From contig NC_069003.1 of NCBI RefSeq assembly GCF_001194135.2, positions 32,809,543 through 32,873,542 of the forward strand: a DNA stretch of 64,000 nucleotides, in the 5' to 3' direction. Shown here piece by piece: positions 52,854-63,870 of this stretch; position 1 is the first letter of the stretch; each line of letters opens with the position of its first letter. This stretch comes from Octopus bimaculoides. Lineage: Eukaryota. A program made the translations under genes and the position numbers. Below the pieces are notes generated by a model. The model ran no database searches. It saw nothing but the letters and a program-made list of their open reading frames with translations, and was not told where the DNA came from.

Positions 52854-53540
52854 AAGGAAGTTTTCAATAGGAATGCTGATTACTATACTATAGCCCTTAA
52901 AAAGGCCGGTTACAATAGGAAAATTGTATACCTAGATATTTCTAGCAATGATTTTACTGATAAATCGAAACTTATTAGTAATGATTATGGATTTGATTTG
53001 AAATGTCCCAAATCTAAATGGAAGGGTAAATATGGATCAGGAAATGGACATAACTACTTTGAGAGTAATCCTTTAATTCCAGTGACTAATGTTCGCAAAT
53101 ATAAATATAATTATTTGATAAAAGGTTATAATTCTAAGTTGGTCTATAAGGTGAATAATTTAGGTCATTCTAATTTAATTTTGGACAAGAGTAACATTAT
53201 ATGCTATGTTATTTCCTATGCCAGTCAATTAAAAAGTAACTTAGTTGAGGTGGTGTGTAAATTATTTTTAAAACATTTCAATAAAATAAGTAGATATTGT
53301 GAGATTTTGAATCCGAGATCCATTAAGGTTGCTTTTTTGGGTCTCTCAGAATTTATCTCAGATTATTTCTTCTATTAATGGGCATATGGCATGGTGGTTA
53401 AGGAACAAGAACCCAGGTTAGAAATTTCCCCAAGACTCCTGATGAAGGCTGGAGGGTATATGAGCTGAAGCATTGTGTTTACAACAAACAAGATGAGGAC
53501 AAATATCCATCAAATGTAAATAATGTAAATAATGTACATA
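52854..53540 (+). mobile_element. Penelope-like fragment: RT C-terminal remnant, tRNA-like head remnant and decayed hammerhead
   Basis: ORF segment EVFNRNADYYTIALKKAGY...LFLKHFNK...ILNPRSIKVAF resembles the Penelope-like RT thumb region (from recall). It is followed by tgggcatatggcatggtggttaag and CTGATGA at 53439. Confidence 0.55.
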
Positions 53541-53580
53541 ACGTAAATAATTCAACTTTAATATTCTTTTCATATTTCAG

Positions 53581-53680
53581 TTGGTATTTTACTGGAAAGT
53601 CCTCCCACAATGATATCAATGGCTACTGGAATGCCAAATGCCACTTTGTTTCCTGTAGAAGAAGCATCTTTTAAATTACA
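53581..53680 (+). CDS. AADAT: AADAT coding exon 2 (GILLESPPTMISMATGMPNATLFPVEEASFKL)
   Basis: tttcag| and |gtaagt; MIS.A.G.PN..FP motif; phases 1/2 consistent. Confidence 0.93.
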
Positions 53681-53907
53681 GTAAGTACATTGATATGTTT
53701 CTCTTCTTTTATCCTTTTAATGGTGCCAGTCATTGCACTGTGACCATGCTGGGGCATCACCTTCAAAGTTTTAGTTGCCTTACTTGAACAGCTGGTGTTA
53801 GTTTTGTTTCTATCCTTGTAACTTAGCAGTTTGGCAAAAGAGACTGATTAGAATAAATATTGGGATTAAAACAAACAAGTAGAAGGGATCAGTTTGTTCA
53901 ACTAAAC

Positions 53908-54134
53908 CAGTGGTTCTCAACCAGGGTCCGTATGGCCCCTCTGGGCCCATGTAAGATTTCTCTAATATTTTACATAGTTCAACCTCCACAAGTTAATGTG
54001 TGGAAATACAAAATAGGAATTTTGAAAGAAGTATCTATAAAACTAGTTTTTATGCATCGAATAGCTACAGAGGTCCACCAGAGTAAAATAGCAATCAAAG
54101 GGGTCTATAGATAAAAAATAGTTGAGAACCCCTG
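53908..54134. mobile_element. hAT-type MITE with 8-bp TSD, inserted into a SINE
   Basis: CAGTGGTTCTCAAC...GTTGAGAACCCCTG flanked by AACTAAAC at 53900-07 and 54135-42. Confidence 0.85.
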
Positions 54135-54453
54135 AACTAAACCCTTCAAAGCAGTGCCCCAGCATGGCTGCAGTCTACTGATTGAAACAAGTAAAGATAG
54201 AGGCCACAGATAATGCCAAAGTGTTCAGAACAATTGTTACAGTAGATCTTTTTGTTTCCTTTCTTTTCATAGCTTAGTCAGAAGTAGAATTTAATAAAGT
54301 AAGTTATTTATTATAAGTCATTATAAAGCTGGTGTTTGGAACATGAAATTGTAATAAGAAAGTTTTAATTGGAATCACTTTGAAATGAAGAATTTGTATC
54401 ATAGAATCAGGTGAGTTGGCTTCAAAAGGGTTAATGGTTATATTTATTTTCAG

Positions 54454-54522
54454 AAATGGCACCACTCTCACTATGTCCAATACTGAAATGCAAAGGGTAC
54501 AACAGTATTCAGAAACACAAGG
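54454..54522 (+). CDS. AADAT: AADAT coding exon 3 (NGTTLTMSNTEMQRVQQYSETQG)
   Basis: ttttcag| and GG|gtatgt; QYS...G motif; phases 2/2. Confidence 0.9.
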
Positions 54523-54608
54523 GTATGTTGATGTATTTGTTATAATTTATTTGTGTTGTCTCTGTCTTCTTTTTCATTATCACCACCACCACCACCACCA
54601 CCACTACT

Positions 54609-54612
<4 letters not shown>

Positions 54613-54641
<29 letters not shown>

Positions 54642-54723
54642 CTTCTTCTTCTTCTTCTTCTTCTTCTTCTTCTTCTTCTTCTTCTTCTCCTCCTTCTTCT
54701 TCTTCTTCTTCTTCTTCTTCTTC
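54613..54723. repeat. (TTC)n microsatellite running into an assembly gap
   Basis: Direct reading; preceded by (CAC)n. Confidence 0.95.
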
Positions 54724-54833
54724 NNNNNNNNNNNNNNNNNNNNNNNNAAATAATCAAATTATGACTAAAATTCCTTCACCAATGTTCTTTGTTTTCTAAG
54801 CATTTTTATTCTGTCATATTTCTGTGGTTCCAG

Positions 54834-54963
54834 CTTCCCAGAGTTAATTAAATGGTTAGGAGATCTACAGGAATACTCACATAATGTGTCTGCGCTGAAT
54901 CGGTCTGGTGACCAAAAAATTAAAATAGCTCTTACGAGCGGTAGTCAGGATGGCTTGTCAAAG
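54834..54963 (+). CDS. AADAT: AADAT coding exon 4 (FPELIKWLGDLQEYSHN...TSGSQDGLSK)
   Basis: ttccag| and AAG|gtaagt; PEL..WL..LQ and TSGSQ.GL.K motifs. Confidence 0.95.
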
Positions 54964-56115
54964 GTAAGTGCAATGCTAATTAATTTTGCAAGGGAAATTA
55001 GGTGACATCAATAAACGAATTAAATTTTGTCCAGATTTTTGATATAAGAATTTATCATTGTACATTAACAAACTTATTATCCGGCTTCCAAAAGTCCAGA
55101 ATTTCCAGAAATCCAGAAATACTGTGCGATATCATGAAATGTACGGCACTCTGTATTGAGTAAACAGACTCTGTTTTTGAAATTGGTTATTTTGCATATG
55201 GTGTAATAAAGACAGTTTTGTTCTTTGCTTTTTTAAGTGGATTGATAAAGATTAAACATACACTGTTTTAGAATTGTATTAATTTGTACCTGTATCTGTT
55301 AAATAAAATCATGTTCTTTACTATTCTTTGTTTAACTCTTTAGCATTTAAACCAATCATATCAGACCAAAATATTCTACCTGTTTTGCCTTCTGATGAGC
55401 CAGATCAGGGTCCAGTCAATTAGATATATCCCTAGTATGCAACTGGTACTTTATTTATCAACCCCAAAAGGATGAAAGGCAAAGCTGACCTCAGCAGAAT
55501 TTGAACTCAGAACATAAAGACAGATGAAATACTGCTAAGCATTTCGCCCGGCATGCTAACCTTTCTGCCAGCTCACCACCTTTCTACATGGGATTTCTAT
55601 GCTTCAACCAGAGTTACCTTGATTTCTGGCTATGACCCCCCCTCCATACTTTTGTATTTATCAAGGACTACATTATCTAAATGTGTCTTTTCTGTCTTTA
55701 ACCCTTTTCTTACCAAATTACTATCAAAATGTATAACCATTTTATTTTCAATTAATTTTCAAAAGACAAAAAACATAATGAAGAGTTTTGTAAAGTAACT
55801 TTGTTGTTATTAAGTACTTCTAAGATGTTTGGAGCATAAATTAACACGAAATTTTGATGGAAGGTTTTTCATTTAGAATACTTTAAAAGAGTAACTTTGT
55901 ATCATAAAACCAGGAGCAGTCTCAGGTGTTGTTATCAAAAAGGTTAAGATGTTTTCAGTGGGATTTGGAAGAAGAGATTTGGTTGCTATTTCTATCAATT
56001 CATGCAATTCTACTGAACAATGATTTTTGTTGGTAACAGTGATTATTTGTAAAGTTTAATTTCTGATAAAATAGAAATGTCTTTAAAATAACAGAATCTT
56101 GGTTCTAATTTGCAG

Positions 56116-56190
56116 TTGTTCGATGCTGTCGTGAACGAAAATGACTACATCTTGAGTGAGACACCTTGTTACTCTGGTCTTAATGCTGTG
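56116..56190 (+). CDS. AADAT: AADAT coding exon 5 (LFDAVVNENDYILSETPCYSGLNAV)
   Basis: ttgcag| and GTG|gtaaat; 75 nt, phase 0/0; P.YSG motif. Confidence 0.9.
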
Positions 56191-56821
56191 GTAAATGTTT
56201 ATCGTACTTAATAAGTAAAAGTGAATGTATGTGTGTATATGTTGAAGGCTAGAATTTTGCATCGAGGGAGCTGAAATTTGGCAGAAGGGTACATCATTTC
56301 AAGAAAGTGATAGGCCATATTTCTTATTATCTATCCATCCATCTTCTCTGTCCATAATTCCTAGGAGGGTTTTGGGGTTCGAGTCCTCAGGCAATTACTC
56401 CAAAAGGACCCACTAGAAGCAACTATCATTACACTTTTTGAATGAATTCAGGACTAACCAAGACTGTAGACATTATCCAACCGTCATGCTCTTCCTACAT
56501 CTCCTGCCTTTTGGCTTCACTTGAAGAATTTAAAAACATGTAGTCCAACCCATGTGAGCATGGAAAATGGATGCTAAATCATGCTAAATGGATGCTAAAT
56601 GGATGCTTCGGCATAGTTTCTACTACTGGTTGCCTTTCTTAACACTAAATACTTCGTAGTGTGTACTGGGTGCTTTTTATGTGGCACCAGCACTGGTGAG
56701 GTCACCAAGTACCCAAAACATAAGACCCTTCAACTGAGTTGGATATAGAATGGAGGGAGAAGAAACTATAACAGAAGGACAAGAGCAGGTGTCTTGCTGA
56801 ATATATGGCTTGCACACTTGG

Positions 56822-56862
<41 letters not shown>

Positions 56863-57293
56863 TGAAGCTCAGATATAAAATGAATATAAGATGGAATATG
56901 ATAGAAGGTGAAGAAATTATGAATGTGATGAATAGAAAATTCGTTATTGTGAATGATAATTAATTTAACATGTTAACCATCACATGTACCACTGGTGGTT
57001 CATCACAAACTTCACTCAACTGCCACTGGTAGCACATTTTCATAATTTGAGAAAATATTTTATTCTGTATCTTTGACATGGTTTTGAGTGCTAAATGTCA
57101 AAGTTTAATTCTGAAATATTGTAAAAATTATTTCAAAAATTACATTTCTTGTAATTAGTATGCAGTGTGACTGCAAGAATACATAGAGTCACCGGTAAAT
57201 TCCAGTAACATGCTATGGTGGTTAATGTGTTAATGTTTGCCTCTGTAAACTATGCCATCTCTAAAATTTCTGTTTATTTACTTCTTTATGAAG

Positions 57294-57569
57294 CTGAGGC
57301 CTCTTTATCCCAGAATGCTTGCTGTTAAGACAGACAAAGATGGAATAATTCCCAGTGAACTGTTGCGAGTTCTCTCCAAATGGTCTCCACTTGATGCCAA
57401 AGATCCAAACAGTGACATACCAAAAGTTATCTACATGGTACCAACTGGTTGCAACCCAACAGGTATCAATTATTCTTTGGAACGAAAGAAGCAAATCTAC
57501 GAAATTGCCAGAACTTACGACCTATTAATCGTAGAAGACGATGCTTATTACTACCTACAGTATTCTCAG
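57294..57569 (+). CDS. AADAT: AADAT coding exon 6 (LRPL...DKDGIIP...YMVPTGCNPTG...RKKQIYEIARTYDLLIVEDDAYYYLQYSQ)
   Basis: NPTG and EDDAYY class I aminotransferase motifs; aag| acceptor and CAG|gttaat donor; 92 codons. Confidence 0.95.
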
Positions 57570-57663
57570 GTTAATATATATGTTTTGTTGAAACTTCTAT
57601 TAAAATGAAGGCTGATGACAGTGACTTCGAAATTTTAGCTTCTATGTTATGTCTACTTTTTAG

Positions 57664-57746
57664 GATTATATTCCTAGTTTTCTTTCACTTGATGTCGACG
57701 GGAGAGTTGTCAGAGCAGACTCATTTTCAAAACTGATTTCTTCTGG
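57664..57746 (+). CDS. AADAT: AADAT coding exon 7 with the PLP-binding lysine (DYIPSFLSLDVDGRVVRADSFSKLISSG)
   Basis: tttag| and GG|gtaagt; DGRV.R.DSFSK motif, Lys262 in the joined protein. Confidence 0.97.
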
Positions 57747-57860
57747 GTAAGTTAAGTATAATTTATATTATTATTTTGGTAGATTAGATGTTTAAAAATA
57801 TTACAGTATTTTCTAGCATTCAGGCCAATATAGTATATAGCAGAAACATATAGTGTAAAC

Positions 57861-58191
57861 GAGGCTTGGCCAACTAGAATTACATTGTGGGCCACTTTAA
57901 TCACAGAACGTTTTTTGAGGGCTGCTTGTATACTGACAGAATTGAAAGCATTTTGCTTTCTCATGCTATTATTATAATAATAAATGAATGATCGTTGATT
58001 CAACATGAAATATTATCGTTGCATAAACAGTAGAATCTTTCGTTTTTACTTTTCATTACAATCTTTAATTTTTGATAAAATTTTTTAAATGTTTGTTTAA
58101 ATAAACCCATTTCAAAAAAGTATCAAGCGGGCCACAAAATAAAAGTCTGCCAGTCGCATGCAGCCCACAGGCCTCAGGTTGGCCAGCCCTG
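57861..58191. mobile_element. hAT-type MITE with 8-bp TSD
   Basis: gaggcttggccaact...ggttggccagccctg flanked by GTGTAAAC at 57853-60 and 58192-99. Confidence 0.8.
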
Positions 58192-58399
58192 GTGTAAACA
58201 TTAAAATATTGTCATTATCTTTCCAAATCCTGATGCATTACACATGGAATTTTTGGTCCTCAAGTTGTTTTGGTATATAAATCAACCTACCTGTTTTGAT
58301 TGTAAATTTTGATCTGAAATATTCAACCTGTGTGCTGGAAAATGTGGTATAAGTTATGTAATTATTAACCTCATCTTTTTGGATGATTTTTTTTTTTAA

Positions 58400-58621
58400 C
58401 CCTTTTGATACCAACCTGGCTGAAACCACCTCTGGCCCTGTAATATAAATGTCTTGTTTTCAAAAGTTCTGAATTAAAATCTTCCACCAAACCTTAGTCA
58501 CAATTTATGTTCCTAACACTAGCTCAATGATAACTAAGCTAGTTTACTAAATTATTTGTTATATTTAAAATTAATTAAAAGAAACACAGAGCATCTCAAC
58601 AGAAATATGGTAACAAAAGGG
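58400..58621. mobile_element. piggyBac-like MITE, family 1 (other copies near 10820-11020, 15640-16070, 54310-54432, 55790-55947)
   Basis: TTAA|CCCTTTTGATACCA...TGGTAACAAAAGGG|TTAG; 13 of 14 TIR positions match; internal sequence recurs in the window. Confidence 0.7.
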
Positions 58622-59769
58622 TTAGATATTTATATCTATACTGTGTTTTGTTCAAAAATGCAGCTGAAGAAAATCTAATGTAAATATAAATATTCAATAT
58701 GGATCTTCATTCTGTATGATGTTCCTTACAAGTTGGTGTTTCCTTCAGCACATAGTTTTGTTTAAATTGTTTTTTTTTAATTCAGATTTATCAGCTATTT
58801 ATTCAAATTGATCTTTCATACATTTTGGTCTGTCTTTCAATTTGACTTTTCATTCAAATTGGTCAATAATTCAAGTCTGTTTTTCACTCAGTTTTCTCTT
58901 CCATCCGTCTTGGTATTTATTTCACTTTTGTCTTTCATTCGCTTCTGTTTTTCATTCATTTTTCTTTCTTGTTCCTTTTCACCTTTCTTTCATTTATGTC
59001 TTTTCATTTTTATCTTTTAATAATTTTTGTTTTTGTTCCCTTTCATTTTTCCTTCAGTTTTTTCTTTCATTCATTTTTATCTTTCATTCATTCTTGTCTT
59101 TCATTCATTTTTATCTTTTATTCATTTTTGTTTTTCATTGAAGTTGGCAATGCATTCAGTTTGTTTCATTCTTAGTTTTTCATTCAGCTTGGCCTTTCAT
59201 TCAATTTAATCTTTGAATTGATTTCTTTTTTTCATCCCATCATTAAAGCTAGTCTTTCAGCCATAAAAGCTTTGTGCAAGTCAAGGAATCATTTCAATAA
59301 TTACTTACATTATTTGAATGAGTTATATTATTATTCTAGACTCTCTACTTCAACTTTGTACAAGTTATATTGTTAGCAAAACAACAATGGTTTTATACAA
59401 ACAATTGGGCAAAAAGCCACATATTTCCATTTTTGCACACATCGTACCAATATTTTAATAATTGATACATTATAGCCAATAGAACTATTATACCATGCAA
59501 GAACTGTGCTCTCTGATCTTATTGATTTTGAGAAACATCCAGCTACCCAGTCATCCATTTGCTCTGCCCACAATTCCTGGGTGGGTTGTTGAGGGTAGAG
59601 CCCTCAGTCATCTTCTCCATAGGGTTCTAACCATCATTACACTCCTTGGATGGATTCCCAAACATGACCAACTGAGACTATGGATATTTATGGATGTTAT
59701 CCAACCATCACTTGATCTACTCCTAAGTCTCCTGCCAGAGATCAAATAAAAAAAAACAGAATTACTGGT

Positions 59770-60210
59770 ACACTGGCAGAAACGTTAGCATGCTAGGCGA
59801 AATGCTTAATGGTATTTCGTCTATCTTTACATTCTGAGTTCAAATTCCACCAAGGTTGACTTTGCCTGTCATCCTTTCAGGGTGATAGATTAAGTACCAG
59901 TTGCGTACTTGTGTCGATCTAATCTTCTGGCCCCCCTCCCCCAAAATTTCGGGTCTTGTGCCTAGAGTAAAAAAGAATATTCATTAAGAAGGCAGCAGGC
60001 TGGCAGAATCATTAGCATGCTGGACAAAATGCTTAGCAGCATTTCTTCAGATTTTGCTTTCTGAGTTCAAATTCCAACAAAGTTGACTTTACCTTTCATT
60101 CCTTTGGGGTCAGTAAAATAAGTAAATAAGTACATTGAACACTGGGGTCATTGTAATCAACTTACCCTACCCTGTTAAAAATTGCTGGCTTTGTGCCAAA
60201 ATTAGAAAGA
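59770..60210 (+). mobile_element. Two tandem copies of SINE family B (others at about 34630-34840, 43415-43620, 46650-46850, 55430-55580 minus)
   Basis: ctggcagaa..gttagca..c.ggacaaaatgctta...ctgagttcaaattcc...gactttgcctttcatcc recurs throughout the window. Confidence 0.8.
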
Positions 60211-60241
60211 ATATTAATACTCATTATTTCATTATTTCTAG

Positions 60242-60338
60242 GCTGAGATGTGGCTTCATAACTGGACCGGCATATGTTATTGATCGAATATTGCTTCATC
60301 TGCAGACATCAACAGTTCACGTCAGTGGTTTATCACAG
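60242..60338 (+). CDS. AADAT: AADAT coding exon 8 (LRCGFITGPAYVIDRILLHLQTSTVHVSGLSQ)
   Basis: ttctag| and CAG|gtatgt; GLR.GF.TGP motif. Confidence 0.95.
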
Positions 60339-60902
60339 GTATGTTCCAGGGACCTTTATTGTTTTATTCTTGCACTTACTTCAGTCATCAGACTGTGGCC
60401 ATGCTAGAGCACTCACCTTGAAGTCAATGGTATTGGTCACAGAATTTATTTTCAAGCCTAGTGCTTAACCTAATCGTAAACATGCTCTCATCATTCTGGA
60501 TATATTCTTATGATCCCAGATACCAATAACATCTCCATTCTCTCTCACACGCTGTCTTGCAATTCTGAATGCTCCACACCTCTGATCTTCATATTGCAGG
60601 ACATGTGCAAATCTCTCCTTTTCTTCCCCCTCCTTAGCCAAGTATACCTGTCACCTAGTTGTCCTTCTAGATGCTATTTGATAATGCTGTCTACTTTGAC
60701 CTTCTAAGTTTTTCAAGCCTGCCTCTTAACCTTTATTCCTTCTATCAACCATGTTATTCCACCACAAATCACCTTCAGTTTGGCTGGGACTTTGTCCCAG
60801 TGATATGTAACCCCAAGCAGGTTATTTCATGAGAATTCTCAGTTGTTGTCTATGTTTAGATATTTTAAAATATGTTTAGATATATATATTTTTTTTTTGC
60901 AG

Positions 60903-61029
60903 TTTTTGATCTACAAGATTTTAACAGAATGGGGCTTGTCTGGCTTCAAGGAACATGCTAAAAAAGTGGCGGAATTTTATGAAAAGCGTAGAGATATAAC
61001 TATTGATGCTGCTGAAAAACATCTGAAAG
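60903..61029 (+). CDS. AADAT: AADAT coding exon 9 (FLIYKILTEWGLSGFKEHAKKVAEFYEKRRDITIDAAEKHLK)
   Basis: tttgcag| and G|gtaaag; EWG..GF..H and FY..RRD motifs. Confidence 0.94.
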
Positions 61030-61286
61030 GTAAAGGGCTTTTCTTGTATTCTTTCTGTTTTCTTGGGTAGGAAGACTTAACCTTTAGTAAGTTGGAATGT
61101 CTTCTGAGCTAGGCTAAAATGAAATATTCAACTCAGCAAGAATTTTTCTCAATGGCAAACAGCAGTGAATATGGCCTTTTTATAGCTCAACTATGACTCA
61201 GATATATTTCAACTAATCTAAATGTTTGTTTACTCACTACACTGCTTTCACGTGCCTACTACAATATAATTTTATCATTGATTTAG

Positions 61287-61492
61287 GTATCGCAGAATGG
61301 AATGTTCCTGCTGGAGGTATGTTCCTATGGCTGAAGTTAATTGGTATAGAAGACACTTATAGACTCATAATGGAAAAAGGGAGAGAGAATGACATTCTTT
61401 TTGTTCCAGGAAGTGCTTTCATGACTTCTAATGAGCCATGCCCCTATATCAGGGCAGCTTTTTCTCTCTGTGATACTCAAGATATATATTTG
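61287..61492 (+). CDS. AADAT: AADAT coding exon 10 (IAEWNVPAGGMFLWLKL...VPGSAF...PYIRAAFSLCDTQDIYL); final exon not found
   Basis: atttag| and TTG|gtaagt; AEW.VP.GGMFLW motif and the substrate-binding Arg in YIRAAFS. No stop codon, so one more exon is needed. Confidence 0.95.
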
Positions 61493-61524
61493 GTAAGTAA
61501 ATTATGACTAACATAAAAGTTTAC

Positions 61525-61568
<44 letters not shown>

Positions 61569-62448
61569 ACGTGTGTGTGTGTGATTGTGTGGTAAGAAGC
61601 TTGCTTCTGAACCACATTGTACTGGATTCAGTTTCATTGCATGGCACCTCGGGCAAGTGTCTTCCACTATAGTCTTGGGTTGAGCAAAGCCTTCTGAGTG
61701 AATTTATTAGACAAAAACTGTAAGAAGCCCATCGTGTATATATATGTATGTTTGTGTCTGTTTGTTCCCCACTAGATGTGAGACGCCAGATCTAATAGAA
61801 TATTTGAGCTGGATATGGTCAATTTAAATGCTAAAGTGCTAAGTCTTTTTCTTTTCTTTTTTNNNNNNNNNNNNNNNNNNNNNNNNNNNNNNNNNNNNNN
61901 NNNNNNNNNNNNNNNNNNNNNNNNNNNNNNNNNNNNNNNNNNNNNNNNNNNNNNNNNNNNNNNNNNNNNNNNNNNNNNNNNNNNNNNNNNNNNNNNNNNN
62001 NNNNNNNNNNNNNNNNNNNNNNNNNNNNNNNNNNNNNNNNNNNNNNNNNNNNNNNNNNNNNNNNNNNNNNNNNNNNNNNNNNNNNNNNNNNNNNNNNNNN
62101 NNNNNNNNNNNNNNNNNNNNNNNNNNNNNNNNNNNNNNNNNNNNNNNNNNNNNNNNNNNNNNNNNNNNNNNNNNNNNNNNNNNNNNNNNNNNNNNNNNNN
62201 NNNNNNNNTATATGTATCAAAAATATGTAGCTTTATTTAGTTCTTCATTTGGCAACTATGATCATTACTCTTAAAAACTTCTTTTCAACCATAAAAAAGT
62301 TTCTTGGTGTCATAAGTCCATTGCTAAAAAGTATTGTAACGAAATGGTGCCACTGCAACATACAGGAACTTATTGAAACTAATAGACCCCATATTGTATC
62401 TGTCAATTGCAAACCTTACAGCAGAAATAAAATATAAAATAAAATAAG

Positions 62449-62670
62449 ACAATTGCAGCATTGAAGGTGTTTATAAGCCATTTAAAAACACACAAAAACC
62501 GTTAGATTCACTTCAACATTTAAATTTAATTTATCGAAATATTCACGGAACAGGTTGTGGTTTCACAGCGATGAAAATATTTCGATAAATTAAATTTAAA
62601 TGTTGAAGTGAATCTAATGGTTTTTGTGTGTTTTTAAATAGCTTACAAACACCTTCGATGCTGCAATTGT
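62449..62670. repeat. Long inverted repeat, 95-bp arms, 32-nt spacer
   Basis: 62449-62543 vs 62576-62670, 4 mismatches. Confidence 0.95.
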
Positions 62671-63118
62671 TTTTGTTTCAGCACACGATCTCAGATCAGG
62701 CCACTTGCTATGCAAGTACATCTCCGTCAAATAAGAAGAAAAATAAATAAATAAGAAATTTTACAGATTGCATGTGTTGTAATTGTATTATACAACAGAA
62801 ATATCATTGCAACTGATAATCATTGAAAGCCAGCCCTCTGAGTCAGACAACAAACAGACTTTATGTTACTACATACTCTATAACTATTTAGAGCAGTGGC
62901 TTTCAACTGACAGGGGAGGTGGGGCATATGACCCTTGCGGGTGCATATAAGATTTTTTTTCTGTTAAAATTTATATGCAATAAATTACTTATACTTTTAC
63001 AATACGCTAAATGTCTTAATTTTTTTTGTATGCAGTTTCCATTAATATTTAATTATAAAAATCATTGTCATTATCATCATCATTTCATGTCTGCTTTCCA
63101 TGCTGGCATGAGTTGGAC

Positions 63119-63572
63119 TGCGCGTATTCCATCCCATGCAGCTGTGGTAGGTTGTACAAAGGCGAAACATGTCACCCCCTCGAAATAAGGGCAGACGAAC
63201 ATCGCAAAGCAGTGACAAGAGGAGATATTGATAAATCAGGTATAGCTGATCATGTATGGAAAAATGGAGACCATCTCCTCCTGTGGGATGAAGTTAAAAT
63301 AATAGACAGAGAACACCACTAGAAAATACGAAAACTAAAAGAAACAACACATATGCTAGGACGTAATAACTTCCTAAGCAGACTGAGTGCAGATATGAGT
63401 AGCATATGGGAACCGGTATGAAGGAAGGACAGGAAAATATTAGATTTATAAGCCCTAAAATTCAATCCGTAATTGCCCATGGGCATATGGTATAGTAGTT
63501 AAGAGCACGGGCTACTAACCCCAAGATTCCAAGTTCGATTCCAAACAGTGACCTGAATAATAATAATAATAT
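63119..63572 (+). mobile_element. Penelope-like GIY-YIG endonuclease pseudogene fragment followed by a tRNA-like head
   Basis: CAYSIPCSCGRLYKGETCHPLEIRADEHRK...KSGIADHVW...WDEVKIIDRE..*KIRKLKE, with a premature TAG at 63320. A-box-like TGGTATAGTAG (63488) and B-box-like AGTTCGATTCC (63532) follow, then (AAT)n. Confidence 0.7.
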
Positions 63573-63870
63573 ATTCTTTGTAAGCCTAGTACTTATTCTA
63601 TTGGTCTCTTTTGCTAAACCGCTAATCTACGGGGACGTGAACACACCAACGTCGGTTGTCAAGCGATGGTGGGGGACATACATAGACACACAAACATATA
63701 CATATATATATGATGGGCTTCTTTCAGTTTCCCTCTACCAAATCCACTCACAAGTCTTTGGTCAGCTCGAGGCTATAGTAGAAGACACTTCGCCAAGGTG
63801 CCACGCCATGGGACTGAACCCAGAACCATGTGATTGGTAAGCAAGCTACTTACCATACAGCCACTCCTGC
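63573..63870 (-). mobile_element. SINE family A copy
   Basis: Reverse-complement match to 11275-11600. Confidence 0.85.

Noticed and set aside
62682-62750. tttgtttcag-led short frame as the AADAT last exon (HTISDQATCY...)
   Set aside because: No similarity to the KAT II C-terminus; it directly adjoins the palindromic repeat and is probably part of that element.
63476-63545. tRNA gene (also the SINE heads at 10165, 11275 and 29776)
   Set aside because: A/B-box-like motifs only; no complete cloverleaf with paired acceptor stem, and repeat context.
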